Source of the DNA: Dehalococcoidia bacterium
Lineage (GTDB): Bacteria > Chloroflexota > Dehalococcoidia > UBA2979
Direction: 5' to 3'
NCBI GenBank assembly: GCA_965237865.1
Contig: OZ250164.1
Coordinates: 2,440,142-2,504,141 of the forward strand
DNA length: 64,000 bases
This document shows, one piece after another, positions 55,238 to 64,000 of the stretch. The notes under the pieces were generated by a model. The model saw only the letters and a program-made list of their open reading frames with translations, was not told the origin of the DNA and searched no databases. The stretch's first letter is position 1. The number at the start of each line of letters is the position of its first letter. A program made the translations under genes and the position numbers.

Positions 55238-55606
55238 CTACGCGGCTGCGGCCAGCACGGGCGCCGGGGCCGTCTCATCGACACTCGTCCGGAACACGGT
55301 GACCGGGCGGCAGTCGCGGCGGGAGAGACGCCGGGCGGACCTGGCCGGCTTGAGCTGCAGATCGACGCGGCAGTCGAGGCCGATCGCCACCGCGACGATG
55401 CTCTTGAGCGTCAGGTTGTCGTTGCCGCGCAGGATCTGGCTGATGCGCGCGCGGCTCACGCCGATCTCCCGCGCGAGGTCGGCCTGCGTCATGCCCCGCT
55501 CCTCCATGCGCGCCACGATCTGCTCGCCGATGTCGATGGCGACCTTCGTGAACTCGTAGTCGGGGTCGCCCTGAAACTCGTCGATCCAGTCCTGGAGCCT
55601 CAGCAT
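55238..55606 (-). CDS. higA: HigA-like HTH (XRE) antitoxin with C-terminal chaperone-addiction (ChAD) extension
   Basis: MTQADLAREIGVSRARISQILRG HTH. About 35-aa C-terminal tail beyond the HTH domain. GAGGGGA RBS. Confidence 0.75.
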   Translation of the reverse strand: MLRLQDWIDEFQGDPDYEFTKVAIDIGEQIVARMEERGMTQADLAREIGVSRARISQILRGNDNLTLKSIVAVAIGLDCRVDLQLKPARSARRLSRRDCRPVTVFRTSVDETAPAPVLAAAA

Positions 55607-55618
55607 GTTCTCCCCTCT

Positions 55619-55912
55619 TCACTCACCGATCTCGCTCCGCACTTCCTGGTGGAGCCGCGCACCTGTGTTCAGTTCCCGCCGGGGCGTGCGGTTCGACTTC
55701 TTTGTGAAGCCGTGCAGCAGGACGATCCGGCTGCCGGAGAGATAGCACCAAAAAACCCGTTGCTGGGCCGACCTGAACTCTAGAAAGTCCTGCCCCGTGA
55801 TGGGAACGGATTTGCCCGGACTGTACAGCGGCCCGTGATCCGCGACTCTCTCGAAGTGCGCCGCGAGCCGCGCACGGTCGATATCGGGGAGCCCTTCCAG
55901 GAAGTCCGTCAC
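55619..55912 (-). CDS. higB: HigB-like toxin (Gp49/DUF891, RelE/ParE superfamily)
   Basis: RIVLLHGFTKKSNRTPRRELNTGARL matches the Gp49-like HigB C-terminal signature. Start set at GTG 55910-55912 after AGGAGTGGAGG. The ORF extends to GTG 56008. Confidence 0.65.
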   Translation of the reverse strand: MTDFLEGLPDIDRARLAAHFERVADHGPLYSPGKSVPITGQDFLEFRSAQQRVFWCYLSGSRIVLLHGFTKKSNRTPRRELNTGARLHQEVRSEIGE

Positions 55913-56000
55913 CGGACTGGCGCCTCCACTCCTTTCGTAGAGCAGTAGCGAGAAGCGTGCTCCTTCGTGGAATGGCCTCAGCGGCAATGTTAAGTCCTGA

Positions 56001-56014
56001 CTTGACACTCGTCA
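56001..56014. promoter_or_regulatory. 14-bp palindrome TTGACACTCGTCAA in the higB promoter region (candidate HigA operator, overlapping a -35-like TTGAC)
   Basis: Seen directly, upstream of the TAC operon on its coding strand. Confidence 0.4.
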
Positions 56015-56057
56015 ATCGCCGGACGGCGGCGCACCGCGCGTCGCGCGTCGCGCACCC

Positions 56058-56489
56058 CTACCCGGAGATCAGCGCGTCCAGGGAGAGCGGGCCGGAGCCA
56101 CCGAGGATGAGCGCGACGAGTATGGCGATCAGCAGGAGATCGAGTTCGTAGCCCTGCGCGTTCTCGTTGCCCGCGAACGGCAGGCGCAGCTTCACGGCGT
56201 TCGTGTACGTCGCCACCACCATCATCAGCGCCAGAGGGATCGCGACCCAGTGCGTGAACAACCCGAGGATCAGCGCGAGGCCGCCGACCACCTCGAGGCT
56301 CGCGACCAGCCGCGCCGTCGGCTGCCCCAACGGGTAGCCGAGTTCGCCCAGCCACGAGCCGAAGCCGCTGATGCCGCGCTGGAACTTGCCGTACCCGGCG
56401 TGCACGAAGACCACGCCGGCCGCCAGACGTAGTGGCACGGTGACCCAATCGAGCATGCAGTCGCGGAACGGCTCGGTCAGCAAGTCCAT
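56058..56489 (-). CDS. DoxX family membrane protein
   Basis: 4-TM DoxX layout (VFVHAGYGKF...). Confidence 0.7.
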   Translation of the reverse strand: MDLLTEPFRDCMLDWVTVPLRLAAGVVFVHAGYGKFQRGISGFGSWLGELGYPLGQPTARLVASLEVVGGLALILGLFTHWVAIPLALMMVVATYTNAVKLRLPFAGNENAQGYELDLLLIAILVALILGGSGPLSLDALISG

Positions 56490-56517
56490 GCGGCCCCCGC
56501 CCCGGCTGGCTGCCGGA

Positions 56518-56964
56518 CTACGCGCCCTCGCGCAAGGGCAGCCTGACGACGGCCACGCCCTGCAGCGGACGCTCGCCGCGATCGTTCTCGAAGTAGACGT
56601 CGATCCGCACGCGGCCGCCGCCCTCGGCCGGCTCGGCGTCGATGATCAGGCCGAGCAAGCGCAAGGCGTCCTCTTGCAGCACGGGGCGGCGGAAGTTGAT
56701 GTCGATCGACTCAAGCTCGCCCTCGGGGCCCATCCAGTCGGTCACGAGGCGGGTGAGCACGGACATGCTCAGCGCGCCGGGCACGATCGGGCGCTCGAAG
56801 CCGAGCTTCCTTGCGCGCACGGGATCGGTGAAGCGGCCCTGCGTGTCCTCGGCCGGGCCGCCCGGCTCAAGATCGATGTATTCGAGGACCTGCGCGCGCT
56901 GCGCGGTCCACGCGCTCTCGATCTCGTCGCCGACGTCGATGTCGTCGAAGTATGGCTGGCTCAT
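56518..56964 (-). CDS. MaoC-like (R)-hydratase hotdog domain protein, C-terminal-type subunit
   Basis: Start ATG 56962-56964 overlaps the upstream gene stop. Hotdog fold. Confidence 0.7.
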   Translation of the reverse strand: MSQPYFDDIDVGDEIESAWTAQRAQVLEYIDLEPGGPAEDTQGRFTDPVRARKLGFERPIVPGALSMSVLTRLVTDWMGPEGELESIDINFRRPVLQEDALRLLGLIIDAEPAEGGGRVRIDVYFENDRGERPLQGVAVVRLPLREGA

Positions 56965-57392
56965 TCGCCGACCTGCCGATGCACGGTGGTCTGGTCGGAG
57001 TAGGCGACGTCTTCGCCGTCCTGATTGCGGTAGGTGAGGCGCCGCACGGTGAAGACCATCGTGCCGCTGCGCCCGGTCTTGGCGTAGACCTCCTTGGCCT
57101 GCGCGTAGCCGGTCAGCGTGTCGCCGACGTGCACCGGCGCGAGCATCTCGAGGCGGGAGCCGGCGTGGAAGGTGACGTTGCCGAAGCGCACGCGCGGGTC
57201 CGGGCCCGGCGCGAAGCGCATGCGCTGCAGGAAGCTCGGCGGCGCCTGCTGCTCCTCCACGTAGCGCGGGTTGGTCTCGCCGACGACCTTGCAGTAGAGC
57301 TGGAGCCGCTCCGCGGTTACCTCGAGGGTGCCCACGTGGCGCTCGACGCCGATCACGCTCTCGTCGTACTCGAACAGGGGTTCGTCGCTCAT
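56961..57392 (-). CDS. MaoC-like dehydratase N-terminal-type hotdog subunit
   Basis: 143 aa, FAS1-like dehydratase/MaoC N-terminal composition. Forms a two-gene hotdog pair with the downstream gene. Confidence 0.7.
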   Translation of the reverse strand: MSDEPLFEYDESVIGVERHVGTLEVTAERLQLYCKVVGETNPRYVEEQQAPPSFLQRMRFAPGPDPRVRFGNVTFHAGSRLEMLAPVHVGDTLTGYAQAKEVYAKTGRSGTMVFTVRRLTYRNQDGEDVAYSDQTTVHRQVGE

Positions 57393-57486
57393 TCGCCTGC
57401 CGTCCTGCCGGAGCCGCCTGCCCGGTCATCGGGCAGCCTGGCCATTCTTGAGTGTGGCCGCGAGGCCGTCAAACGTGCACCGCCTC

Positions 57487-58644
57487 TCAGCGGCTCACCT
57501 CGACCCAGTCGCCCGTCGCGACGGCCTCGAGGGCGGCCTCGTCCGGCTCGACGCCGAGGCCGGGCGTCGAGGGCACGCGCAGCACGCCCGCGTCCGGGAC
57601 GAGCGGCCTCGCGACGAGGTCGGCGGCGAGGTGCTCCGCCGTGCCCAGCCCGTGCGCGAACCCGCCCCACGCGGCGAGCGCATCGACCGCCGCGGCGAGG
57701 TGCAGCGCTGCAGCCAGGCCGAGGCTCGAATCGAAGGTCGTGGTGACGACGCAGCCGACATCCGCCCACGCCGCGTTCCGGGCAAGATCGAGGGCGGCCC
57801 GGATCCCGCCGAGGCGCATCGGCTTGAGCACCAGCAGATCGGCCGCGCCGGCATCGAGGACGCGCTGCGCGTCCGCTTGGTCGGCAACCGACTCGTCGGC
57901 GGCGATGCGGCAGATTCCCTCGGCGCGCAAGCGCGCCAGGCCCGCGAGGTCCGCGGCGGGCAAGGGCTGCTCGACGTACTCGATGTCGTAGCGAGCGAGG
58001 CCCCGGAGCGCGGCGGCGGCGGTCGCGGCGTCCCAGCCGCCGTTGGCGTCGAGGCGCAGGCGTGCGTCAGGCGCGGCCTCACGCGCGGCCTCGACGCGCC
58101 GACGGTCGTCCTCGAGCGGGACGGCGGCGACCTTGAGCTTGAGCGTGCCGTAGCCCGCGGCGACGGCGGCCGCGGCCTGCTCGCGCACCCACTCCGGCGG
58201 ACCGTCGCCGATCACGGCGTTCACGCGGAGCTCGCGGACCGCGCCTCCACCCAGGATCGCGGCGATGCGGAGGCCCCTGCGTTGCCCCTCGAGGTCGAGC
58301 CGCGCGCAGTCGAGGGCGCAACGCAGCGCCGCGGCAGCGGCCGAGCGCGGCCCCGCGGGCGGCCCCTCGCCGGCGAGCAGGCGCGGGGCCCACTCGCCGA
58401 GCAGGCGCAGCACCTCGGGCGCTCCTCCGTCGCCGCCCCCGGGGAGCGGCGAAGCCTCGCCGAAGCCGCGACGGTCCTCGGCGTCGCGCAGCTCGACGAG
58501 GACGCCCTCGCGCTCCTCGATCGCGCCCGCGGCGGTAGCGATCGGAGCGCGCAGCGCGAGGCGGAAGGGCCGCCAGCGGACGCCGGCGAGCGGCGCCTCG
58601 CTGGACGGCGTCGGCGCCGCGGAGCCGCTGCGCTCGGCGGTCAC
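57487..58644 (-). CDS. menC: o-succinylbenzoate synthase (enolase superfamily, MR/MLE family)
   Basis: Enolase-superfamily motifs (KLKV, LRLDANGGW, EQP). Located within the men cluster downstream of menA. Confidence 0.75.
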   Translation of the reverse strand: MTAERSGSAAPTPSSEAPLAGVRWRPFRLALRAPIATAAGAIEEREGVLVELRDAEDRRGFGEASPLPGGGDGGAPEVLRLLGEWAPRLLAGEGPPAGPRSAAAAALRCALDCARLDLEGQRRGLRIAAILGGGAVRELRVNAVIGDGPPEWVREQAAAAVAAGYGTLKLKVAAVPLEDDRRRVEAAREAAPDARLRLDANGGWDAATAAAALRGLARYDIEYVEQPLPAADLAGLARLRAEGICRIAADESVADQADAQRVLDAGAADLLVLKPMRLGGIRAALDLARNAAWADVGCVVTTTFDSSLGLAAALHLAAAVDALAAWGGFAHGLGTAEHLAADLVARPLVPDAGVLRVPSTPGLGVEPDEAALEAVATGDWVEVSR

Positions 58645-58651
58645 GAGGCGG

Positions 58652-59578
58652 CTAGAGCGCGGCGCCGAGGGCGACGAGCAGGCCGAGGGCGAGGTGCAGC
58701 CGCGCGGTCGCCCGCAGCGCGGCGTTGAGCGTCGGGCCGTCCTCGCTGCGCAGGACGGCGCGCAGCGGGCCGATCGCCAGCGGGAGGGCTATCAGCGCGA
58801 GCAGCGCCTGCGGGCCGAAGCCGATCGGCCAGAGCGCCACCGCGACGAGCCAGGCGAGGGCGAGCGTGGCGCTGAACTGCCAGCGCGAGAGCCGCCGCCC
58901 GAGCATCACGGCGAGCGTGCGCTTCCCCACGACAGCGTCCGTCTTGATGTCGCGGATGTTGTTCACGATCAGGATCGCGGAGACCGTGAGGCCCACGGGC
59001 ACGGCCGCCGCCAGCGCGACGGCGCTGAGCTCCCCGGCCTGCACGTAGTAGGTGCCACCGACGGCGACGAGGCCGAAGAAGAGGAAGGTGAACACCTCGC
59101 CCAGGCCGCGGTAGCCGAACGGCCACGGCCCGCCGGTGTAGGCGATCGCCGCGAGGATCGAGCCGACTCCGGCGGCGATCACGGGCCAGCCCGCGACGGC
59201 GGTGAGATAGAGGCCAACCAGCGCCGCGACGGCGAAGGCGATCCACATCGCGATCAGCACCTGGCGCTGGCTGAGCAGCCCGAGCTGCGTGACGCGCGGC
59301 GGACCGATCCGCTCCGCGGTGTCCGCCCCCCTGCGGAAGTCCGAGACGTCGTTCGCGAGATTCGCGCCGACCTGGATCGCGAGCGCGCCGAGCAGCGCGG
59401 CGAGCGCCGGGCCGAGGCTGAAGCGATCGTCGTGGACGGCGACGCCGGCGCCGACGGCGACAGGCGCGACGGCGGCGGTCAGCGTCGGCAGCCGCGCGGC
59501 CAGCACCCAGACACCAAGGCCGGACGGGCCGTCGCGCGAGGGCGTCACGCGCATCGCTCCCTCGGCCCCGCCGCTCAC
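58652..59578 (-). CDS. menA: 1,4-dihydroxy-2-naphthoate polyprenyltransferase
   Basis: UbiA-family TM prenyltransferase with NDVSDFRRGAD... Asp-rich motif. 308 aa. Confidence 0.8.
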   Translation of the reverse strand: MSGGAEGAMRVTPSRDGPSGLGVWVLAARLPTLTAAVAPVAVGAGVAVHDDRFSLGPALAALLGALAIQVGANLANDVSDFRRGADTAERIGPPRVTQLGLLSQRQVLIAMWIAFAVAALVGLYLTAVAGWPVIAAGVGSILAAIAYTGGPWPFGYRGLGEVFTFLFFGLVAVGGTYYVQAGELSAVALAAAVPVGLTVSAILIVNNIRDIKTDAVVGKRTLAVMLGRRLSRWQFSATLALAWLVAVALWPIGFGPQALLALIALPLAIGPLRAVLRSEDGPTLNAALRATARLHLALGLLVALGAAL

Positions 59579-59594
59579 GCCGCGGCCCCCCGAC

Positions 59595-60437
59595 TCACGG
59601 GAGGCGCGGGAACTTCGAGAAGTCCGGCTGGCGCTTCTCCAGGAAGGCGTTCTTGCCCTCCTTGCCCTCGTCGGACATGTAGAACAGCGAGGTCGCGTCC
59701 CCGGCGAGCTGCTGGATGCCGGCGAGGCCGTCCGTGTCGGCGAGGAAGGACATCTTCAGGAAGCGCAGCGCCGTGGGGCTGAGCTCGAGGATCTCGTTTG
59801 CCCATTGCACGCCCTCGGCCTCGAGATCCTCGGGCGGGACGACCTCGTTGACGAGGCCCATGTCGAGCGCCTGCTGCGCGCTGTACTGGCGGCAGAGGAA
59901 CCAGATCTCGCGCGCCTTCTTGTGCCCCACGATGCGCGCCAGCTGCGTGGCCCCGAGGCCGGCGTCGAAGGAGCCGACACGCGGACCGGTCTGCCCGAAG
60001 ATCGCCGTCTCCGAGGCGATCGAGAGGTCGCAGATCACATGCAGCACGTGCCCGCCGCCGATCGCGTAACCGTTGACCAGCGCGATCACCGGCTTCGGCA
60101 TCGATCGGATGTAGCGCTGCAGCGGCAGCACGTTGAGGCGCGGCACGCCGTCGTCGCCGACGTAGCCGCCCTCGCCGCGCACCCGCTGGTCGCCACCGGA
60201 GCAGAAGGCGCGCGTCCCCGCGCCGGTGAAGAGCACCACGCCCACATCGGCGTCGTGGTGCGCTTCCGTGAACGCGTGCAGCATCTCGTCGACGGTCAGC
60301 GGCCGGAAGGCGTTGTGCACCTCCGGGCGGTTGATCGTGATCTTCGCGATGCCGCCCGAGGTCTCGTACATGATGTCGGTGTAGTCGCCGGCCTTCCGCC
60401 ACGCGACCACGCCGGGTGCGCCATCTGCCTCGCTCAT
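59595..60437 (-). CDS. menB: 1,4-dihydroxy-2-naphthoyl-CoA synthase
   Basis: Crotonase fold with MenB-specific segments ([20 protein letters not shown]...). Start ATG 60435-60437. Confidence 0.9.
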   Translation of the reverse strand: MSEADGAPGVVAWRKAGDYTDIMYETSGGIAKITINRPEVHNAFRPLTVDEMLHAFTEAHHDADVGVVLFTGAGTRAFCSGGDQRVRGEGGYVGDDGVPRLNVLPLQRYIRSMPKPVIALVNGYAIGGGHVLHVICDLSIASETAIFGQTGPRVGSFDAGLGATQLARIVGHKKAREIWFLCRQYSAQQALDMGLVNEVVPPEDLEAEGVQWANEILELSPTALRFLKMSFLADTDGLAGIQQLAGDATSLFYMSDEGKEGKNAFLEKRQPDFSKFPRLP

Positions 60438-60478
60438 CGCGTCCCCCTGCCGTGCTGCCTCGCTGCCGTTCTGCCTCG

Positions 60479-61336
60479 TCAACCGGCGGCTTCGTCCGCA
60501 CGCCGGGCGGGGGCGTACACGCGGCGCAGGTGATCCTCCACCAGCCGCGCGAACGCCTCGGGCCGTTCGAGGTGCGCGGCGTGGCCGGCGCCCTCGATCA
60601 CACGCATCGTAGCGTCCGGCAGCGTGCGCGCCATATCCCGCGCGATCGCGACGTACTTCTCGTCGAGCGAGCCGGCGAGCAGCAGCGTCGGCGCGGCGAT
60701 CGAGGGCAGCCGATCGTGCAGCGGCGCCTGCGCTCCCGCGCCCATCCCGCGCAGCGAGTTCGCGAGTCCGTGGGCGCGCTGTGCGAGCCGCGTGGCGCGC
60801 ACGGCGGCCCGCGCCTCCTCGGGCAGCGCGAGTTGCGAGGCGAAGAGCGGCAGCCGCTCCCACTCGTCGACGAAGGCCTCGACGCCATCGCGCTCGATGC
60901 GCTGCGCCAGTGCCTCGTCGGAGGCGAGCCGCGCCTCGCGCTCGGCGTCGTCCGTGATGCCGGGGGAGGCGCCCTCAAGCACCAGCGCGGCGACGGCCCG
61001 CGGGTGGTCCGCGGCGACCTGCAGGGCGACCCGCCCGCCGAGCGAGTAGCCGAGCCAGGCGGCGCGCTCGTGACCGAGTTCGCGCAGCAGCGCGACGAGG
61101 TCGGCGGCGGCGCGGCGGATCGCGTAGCGCTCGACCCCCCCGGGGGCGTCGGAGCGTGCGTGGCCGACGAGGTCCGGCGCGATCGTCCGGTACCCGCCCG
61201 CGAGGCGGCCCGTGAGATCGCGCCATGTGTCCGCGGAGCCCGTGAAGCCGTGCAGCAGCACCAGCGGCGGATCCTCGCCTGCGGCATCGACGTGGATCGC
61301 GAGGCCGTCGATCACGACGGAGGCCGCGCCGTCCAT
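60479..61336 (-). CDS. menH: 2-succinyl-6-hydroxy-2,4-cyclohexadiene-1-carboxylate synthase (alpha/beta hydrolase)
   Basis: [19 protein letters not shown] nucleophile elbow, between menD and menB. Start ATG 61334-61336 overlaps the menD stop by 1 nt. Confidence 0.8.
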   Translation of the reverse strand: MDGAASVVIDGLAIHVDAAGEDPPLVLLHGFTGSADTWRDLTGRLAGGYRTIAPDLVGHARSDAPGGVERYAIRRAAADLVALLRELGHERAAWLGYSLGGRVALQVAADHPRAVAALVLEGASPGITDDAEREARLASDEALAQRIERDGVEAFVDEWERLPLFASQLALPEEARAAVRATRLAQRAHGLANSLRGMGAGAQAPLHDRLPSIAAPTLLLAGSLDEKYVAIARDMARTLPDATMRVIEGAGHAAHLERPEAFARLVEDHLRRVYAPARRADEAAG

Positions 61337-63177
61337 CAGCGCGTCGTGGCGGGAGTAGCCGGCGTGGCGTCGAGATCCCGCTCGCGCAGGGCGGCGTCCG
61401 CGCGCGCCCACAGCTCGCGATGCAGCTCGACGTTGCGCTCGCGCTCCGTGCGCAGTTCGAGCACGGTCAGGCCGGGCGTCGCGAGCGCGCCGCCGATCGC
61501 CTCGTGCCACTCGCCGAGCGCGGGCCGCCGCAGGCGTCCGCCGAAGGTGCGGGTCGCGCCCTCGAAGTCGAGCCCGTGCGGCGTGCCGAACCAGTCCTCG
61601 AACTGCCCGGCCGCCTGCTCGCGCTGGGGCAGGAAGTGGAAGATGCCCCCGCCGTCGTTGTTGACGAGCAGCACGAGCAGCGAGAGGCCGTACTGGCGCA
61701 GCGGCCAGAGCCCGTTGAGGTCGTGCAGGAACGAGAGATCGCCCACCAGCACGGCGACCGGGCCCTCGCCCGCCGCGGCGGCCCCGACGGCCGTCGAGAC
61801 CACGCCGTCGATACCCGAGGCCCCGCGCGTGCCGACGATGCGGAAGCGCCGCGAAGTCGCGGGGAAGAACGAGTCGAGATCGCGTACCGGCATCGAGTTG
61901 CCGGCGACGAGCGTCGCGCCGTCCGGCAGGGCGGCCGCGAGCACAGCGGGCGGCAAGCCCTCGAACGGCTCGTCGAGGTCGGCGATCGCCTCCGCGAGCG
62001 CACGGCGGACCGCGGCGTTGGCGCCGGTCCAGTGCGCGAGCCAGGCGCCGTCCGGCGCGGTGCGCGCGGCGCTGCGGGCAGGGTCGTCGGCGGTGCCGCG
62101 GAACGCGCCCGGCCTGCGCGCGGCCAGCGCGGCGACGGCGGCCTCGCAGAGCGCGGCGGGGTCCGCCTGCAGCATCGCCGTGGCGTTCGCGTCGGGGTCG
62201 CGCCAGCCGCCGGGGACGTCGACGGCCAGCTGCGGGACGCCCTCCAGGCCCGCCAGGTACTGCGCCAGCGGCTTCGAGGTCGGCGCCGCGCCGAAGCGCA
62301 GCACTGCCTCGGGCGCCTCGCTGGAGGCGGCGAAGCGCGGGGAGCGCAGCAGCACGTCGTAGGTCTCGACCACGTGCGTCAGGGGGTGCGTGCCCGCGCG
62401 CAGGCCGGAGAGCGGGTCGGGGAGCACCGGCCAGCCGAGCGCCGCGGCGAGATCGGTGATCGCGCGCGCGGGCAGATCGCCGTTCGCGGGTCCGCAGACG
62501 ATCAGCCCGCGCCGCCCGTCCGCGGCCTCGAGCAGCGTCGCGGCAGCCTCGGCGGCATCGCGGCGAGGGGGCGGCGATACGGCGACCGTGGGCGCGGTGG
62601 AGGCCTCGAGGGCGGCCTCCCAGCCGGGCTCGATCAGCGGCTCGCGCAACGGGATGTTGAGCTGCACCGGACCGGCGGGCGGCCCGGAGGCGACCGCTAC
62701 CGCGCGGGCCGCGCTGCGCCGCGCGTACGCCTCGAGGGCGGGTGAGCCATCGGCGACCGGCAGCTCGGCAAACCAGCGCACGTGGCGGCCGTAGAGGCCG
62801 TGCTGCTCGATCGTCTGGTTCGCGCCGGTGTCGCGCAGCTCGGGCGGTCTGTCGGCGGTGAGCGCGATCAGCGGAACGCGCGAGAGGGACGCCTCGGCGA
62901 TCGCGGGGTGCAGGTTCGCGGCGGCGGTGCCGGAGGTGGTGACGACGGCCACAGGCTCGCGCAGTTGCCGCGCGAGGCCGAGCGCGAAGTACGCCGCCGC
63001 GCGCTCGTCGAGGTGCAGCCATGTGCGGATGCCCTCGAGCCGGTCGAGCGCCAGCACGAGCGGCGTGGAGCGCGAACCGGGGGCGATCACCGCGTGCCGC
63101 ACGCCGCTCTCGCGCAGTTGCCGCACGAGGGCGCCGACGAGGCGATACGCCGCGTTCGCGGACGGCGCGCCGCTCAC
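61336..63177 (-). CDS. menD: 2-succinyl-5-enolpyruvyl-6-hydroxy-3-cyclohexene-1-carboxylate synthase (ThDP-dependent)
   Basis: 613 aa with a ThDP-binding fold (VVTTSGTAAANLHPAIAEA..., GDLSFLHDLNGL). GTG start 63177. Confidence 0.85.
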   Translation of the reverse strand: MSGAPSANAAYRLVGALVRQLRESGVRHAVIAPGSRSTPLVLALDRLEGIRTWLHLDERAAAYFALGLARQLREPVAVVTTSGTAAANLHPAIAEASLSRVPLIALTADRPPELRDTGANQTIEQHGLYGRHVRWFAELPVADGSPALEAYARRSAARAVAVASGPPAGPVQLNIPLREPLIEPGWEAALEASTAPTVAVSPPPRRDAAEAAATLLEAADGRRGLIVCGPANGDLPARAITDLAAALGWPVLPDPLSGLRAGTHPLTHVVETYDVLLRSPRFAASSEAPEAVLRFGAAPTSKPLAQYLAGLEGVPQLAVDVPGGWRDPDANATAMLQADPAALCEAAVAALAARRPGAFRGTADDPARSAARTAPDGAWLAHWTGANAAVRRALAEAIADLDEPFEGLPPAVLAAALPDGATLVAGNSMPVRDLDSFFPATSRRFRIVGTRGASGIDGVVSTAVGAAAAGEGPVAVLVGDLSFLHDLNGLWPLRQYGLSLLVLLVNNDGGGIFHFLPQREQAAGQFEDWFGTPHGLDFEGATRTFGGRLRRPALGEWHEAIGGALATPGLTVLELRTERERNVELHRELWARADAALRERDLDATPATPATTR

Positions 63178-64000
63178 ATAGCACCCCCGCTCAGGGCGCT
63201 GGTGAGCGGGCGGAACTTGAGCTCGATCTCGGCCAGTTCGGCGTTCGGCAAGGAGTCGCCGGTGATGCCGGCGCCGGAGAAGAGCCAGGCGCGCCGTCCG
63301 CGGATCAGCGCCGAGCGCAGCCCCACCGCGAACTCGCCGTCGCCCGCGCCGTCCATCCAGCCGACCGGCCCCGCGTACCAGCCGCGATCGAAGCGCTCGT
63401 GCCGCGCGATCACCTCACGGGCGCGAGCGACCGGCCAGCCGCAGACCGCCGGCGTCGGGTGCAGGCGTCCGACCAGATCGAGGATGTCGACCCCCGGCAA
63501 GGCGCGCGCCCGCACCTCCGTGGCGAGGTGCTGGATGTTGTGCAGGCGCAGCAACTCCGGGCGGTTGGGCGCCTCCAGATCGCCGGCGAGGCTGGAGACG
63601 CCCTCACGCAGGGCGCGCACGACGATCTCGTGCTCGATGCGCTCCTTGGCGTTGCGCAGCAGCTCCTCGCCGAGCTGCTCGTCCTCCTCGGGCGTGCGGC
63701 CGCGGCGGGCGGAGCCCGCGAGGCCGAGCGTGCTGACGGCGTCGCCGCGCAGTCCGGCGAGCTGCTCCGGGCTGGCCCCGAGGAAGATCGCGTCGCCGCG
63801 GCGGAAGCTGAACAGATAGCAGTGCGGGTAGTCGGCGCGCAGTTGCGCGAGCGCCGCGCCGGGGTGGATCGGCGCAGCGGCCTCGATCTCACGCACCGAG
63901 GCGAGGACGGCCTTCTCGTAGAGCCCCTCGCGGACCTCGGCGGCGATCTCGGCGACGGAGGAGGTGAGCGCCGGGCGGTTGATGTCCCAGAGCACGCGCA
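63174..64000 (-). CDS. menF: isochorismate synthase, C-terminal part (gene continues beyond window end)
   Basis: Chorismate-binding-enzyme C-terminal signatures (...GGRRAWLFSGAGITGDSLPNAELAEIELK). No in-window start. Confidence 0.75.
   Translation of the reverse strand, partial: RVLWDINRPALTSSVAEIAAEVREGLYEKAVLASVREIEAAAPIHPGAALAQLRADYPHCYLFSFRRGDAIFLGASPEQLAGLRGDAVSTLGLAGSARRGRTPEEDEQLGEELLRNAKERIEHEIVVRALREGVSSLAGDLEAPNRPELLRLHNIQHLATEVRARALPGVDILDLVGRLHPTPAVCGWPVARAREVIARHERFDRGWYAGPVGWMDGAGDGEFAVGLRSALIRGRRAWLFSGAGITGDSLPNAELAEIELKFRPLTSALSGGAM

Noticed and set aside
56961-57392. Whether the two MaoC hotdog ORFs are one frameshifted gene
   Set aside because: They join by a clean ATGA overlap and each has a complete hotdog domain. 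Two-subunit hotdog hydratases are well known, so they are kept as separate genes.
60479-63184. 901-aa minus-strand ORF covering menH and menD as one protein
   Set aside because: menD (61336-63177) is in a different frame with its own GTG start and full ThDP-enzyme length. Only the 3' 285 codons of the 901-aa frame (menH) are genuine.

Overview
This is a high-GC (~70%) bacterial chromosome segment, actinobacterial or Chloroflexi-like in codon usage, that is mostly housekeeping and lipid/CoA metabolism with several accessory elements. Core genes, in order: the 3' part of a glycolate oxidase operon (glcD-glcE-glcF, minus strand); a sugar nucleotidyltransferase; CoA-transferases, crotonases, SDRs, LLM/F420-type oxidoreductases and VOC/glyoxalase proteins; an NAD-salvage pair pncA-pncB; and a menaquinone cluster menF-menD-menH-menB-menA-menC. 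Accessory content: (1) a 2.7-kb low-GC island (12827-15526) flanked by perfect 72-bp direct repeats, carrying only an SF2 DExH helicase and a small PD-(D/E)xK nuclease-like gene, which is a candidate uncharacterised helicase-nuclease defence cassette; (2) a standalone ~980-aa N6-adenine methyltransferase (DLACGTG / NPPF motifs), a candidate Type IIG/IIL R-M enzyme; (3) a dispersed mosaic repeat family (at least six loci) with a conserved ~115-bp double-hairpin core; (4) an IS110-family element inserted inside one repeat copy, whose 5' UTR shows bridge-RNA-like features; (5) an IS21 (istAB) element disrupting a peptide-ABC-transporter binding-protein gene in a decayed transporter locus; (6) a tripartite HigB-HigA-SecB-like (TAC) toxin-antitoxin-chaperone operon; (7) a Fic (HPFxDGNGR) protein with paired palindromic operator-like repeats upstream; (8) tandem paralog arrays (5 SnoaL/NTF2-like genes, 2 LLM oxidoreductases, 2 SDRs). 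No rRNA, tRNA or CRISPR array was recognised. Many long ORFs in the six-frame track are high-GC artefacts on the opposite strand or wrong frame and were not called.
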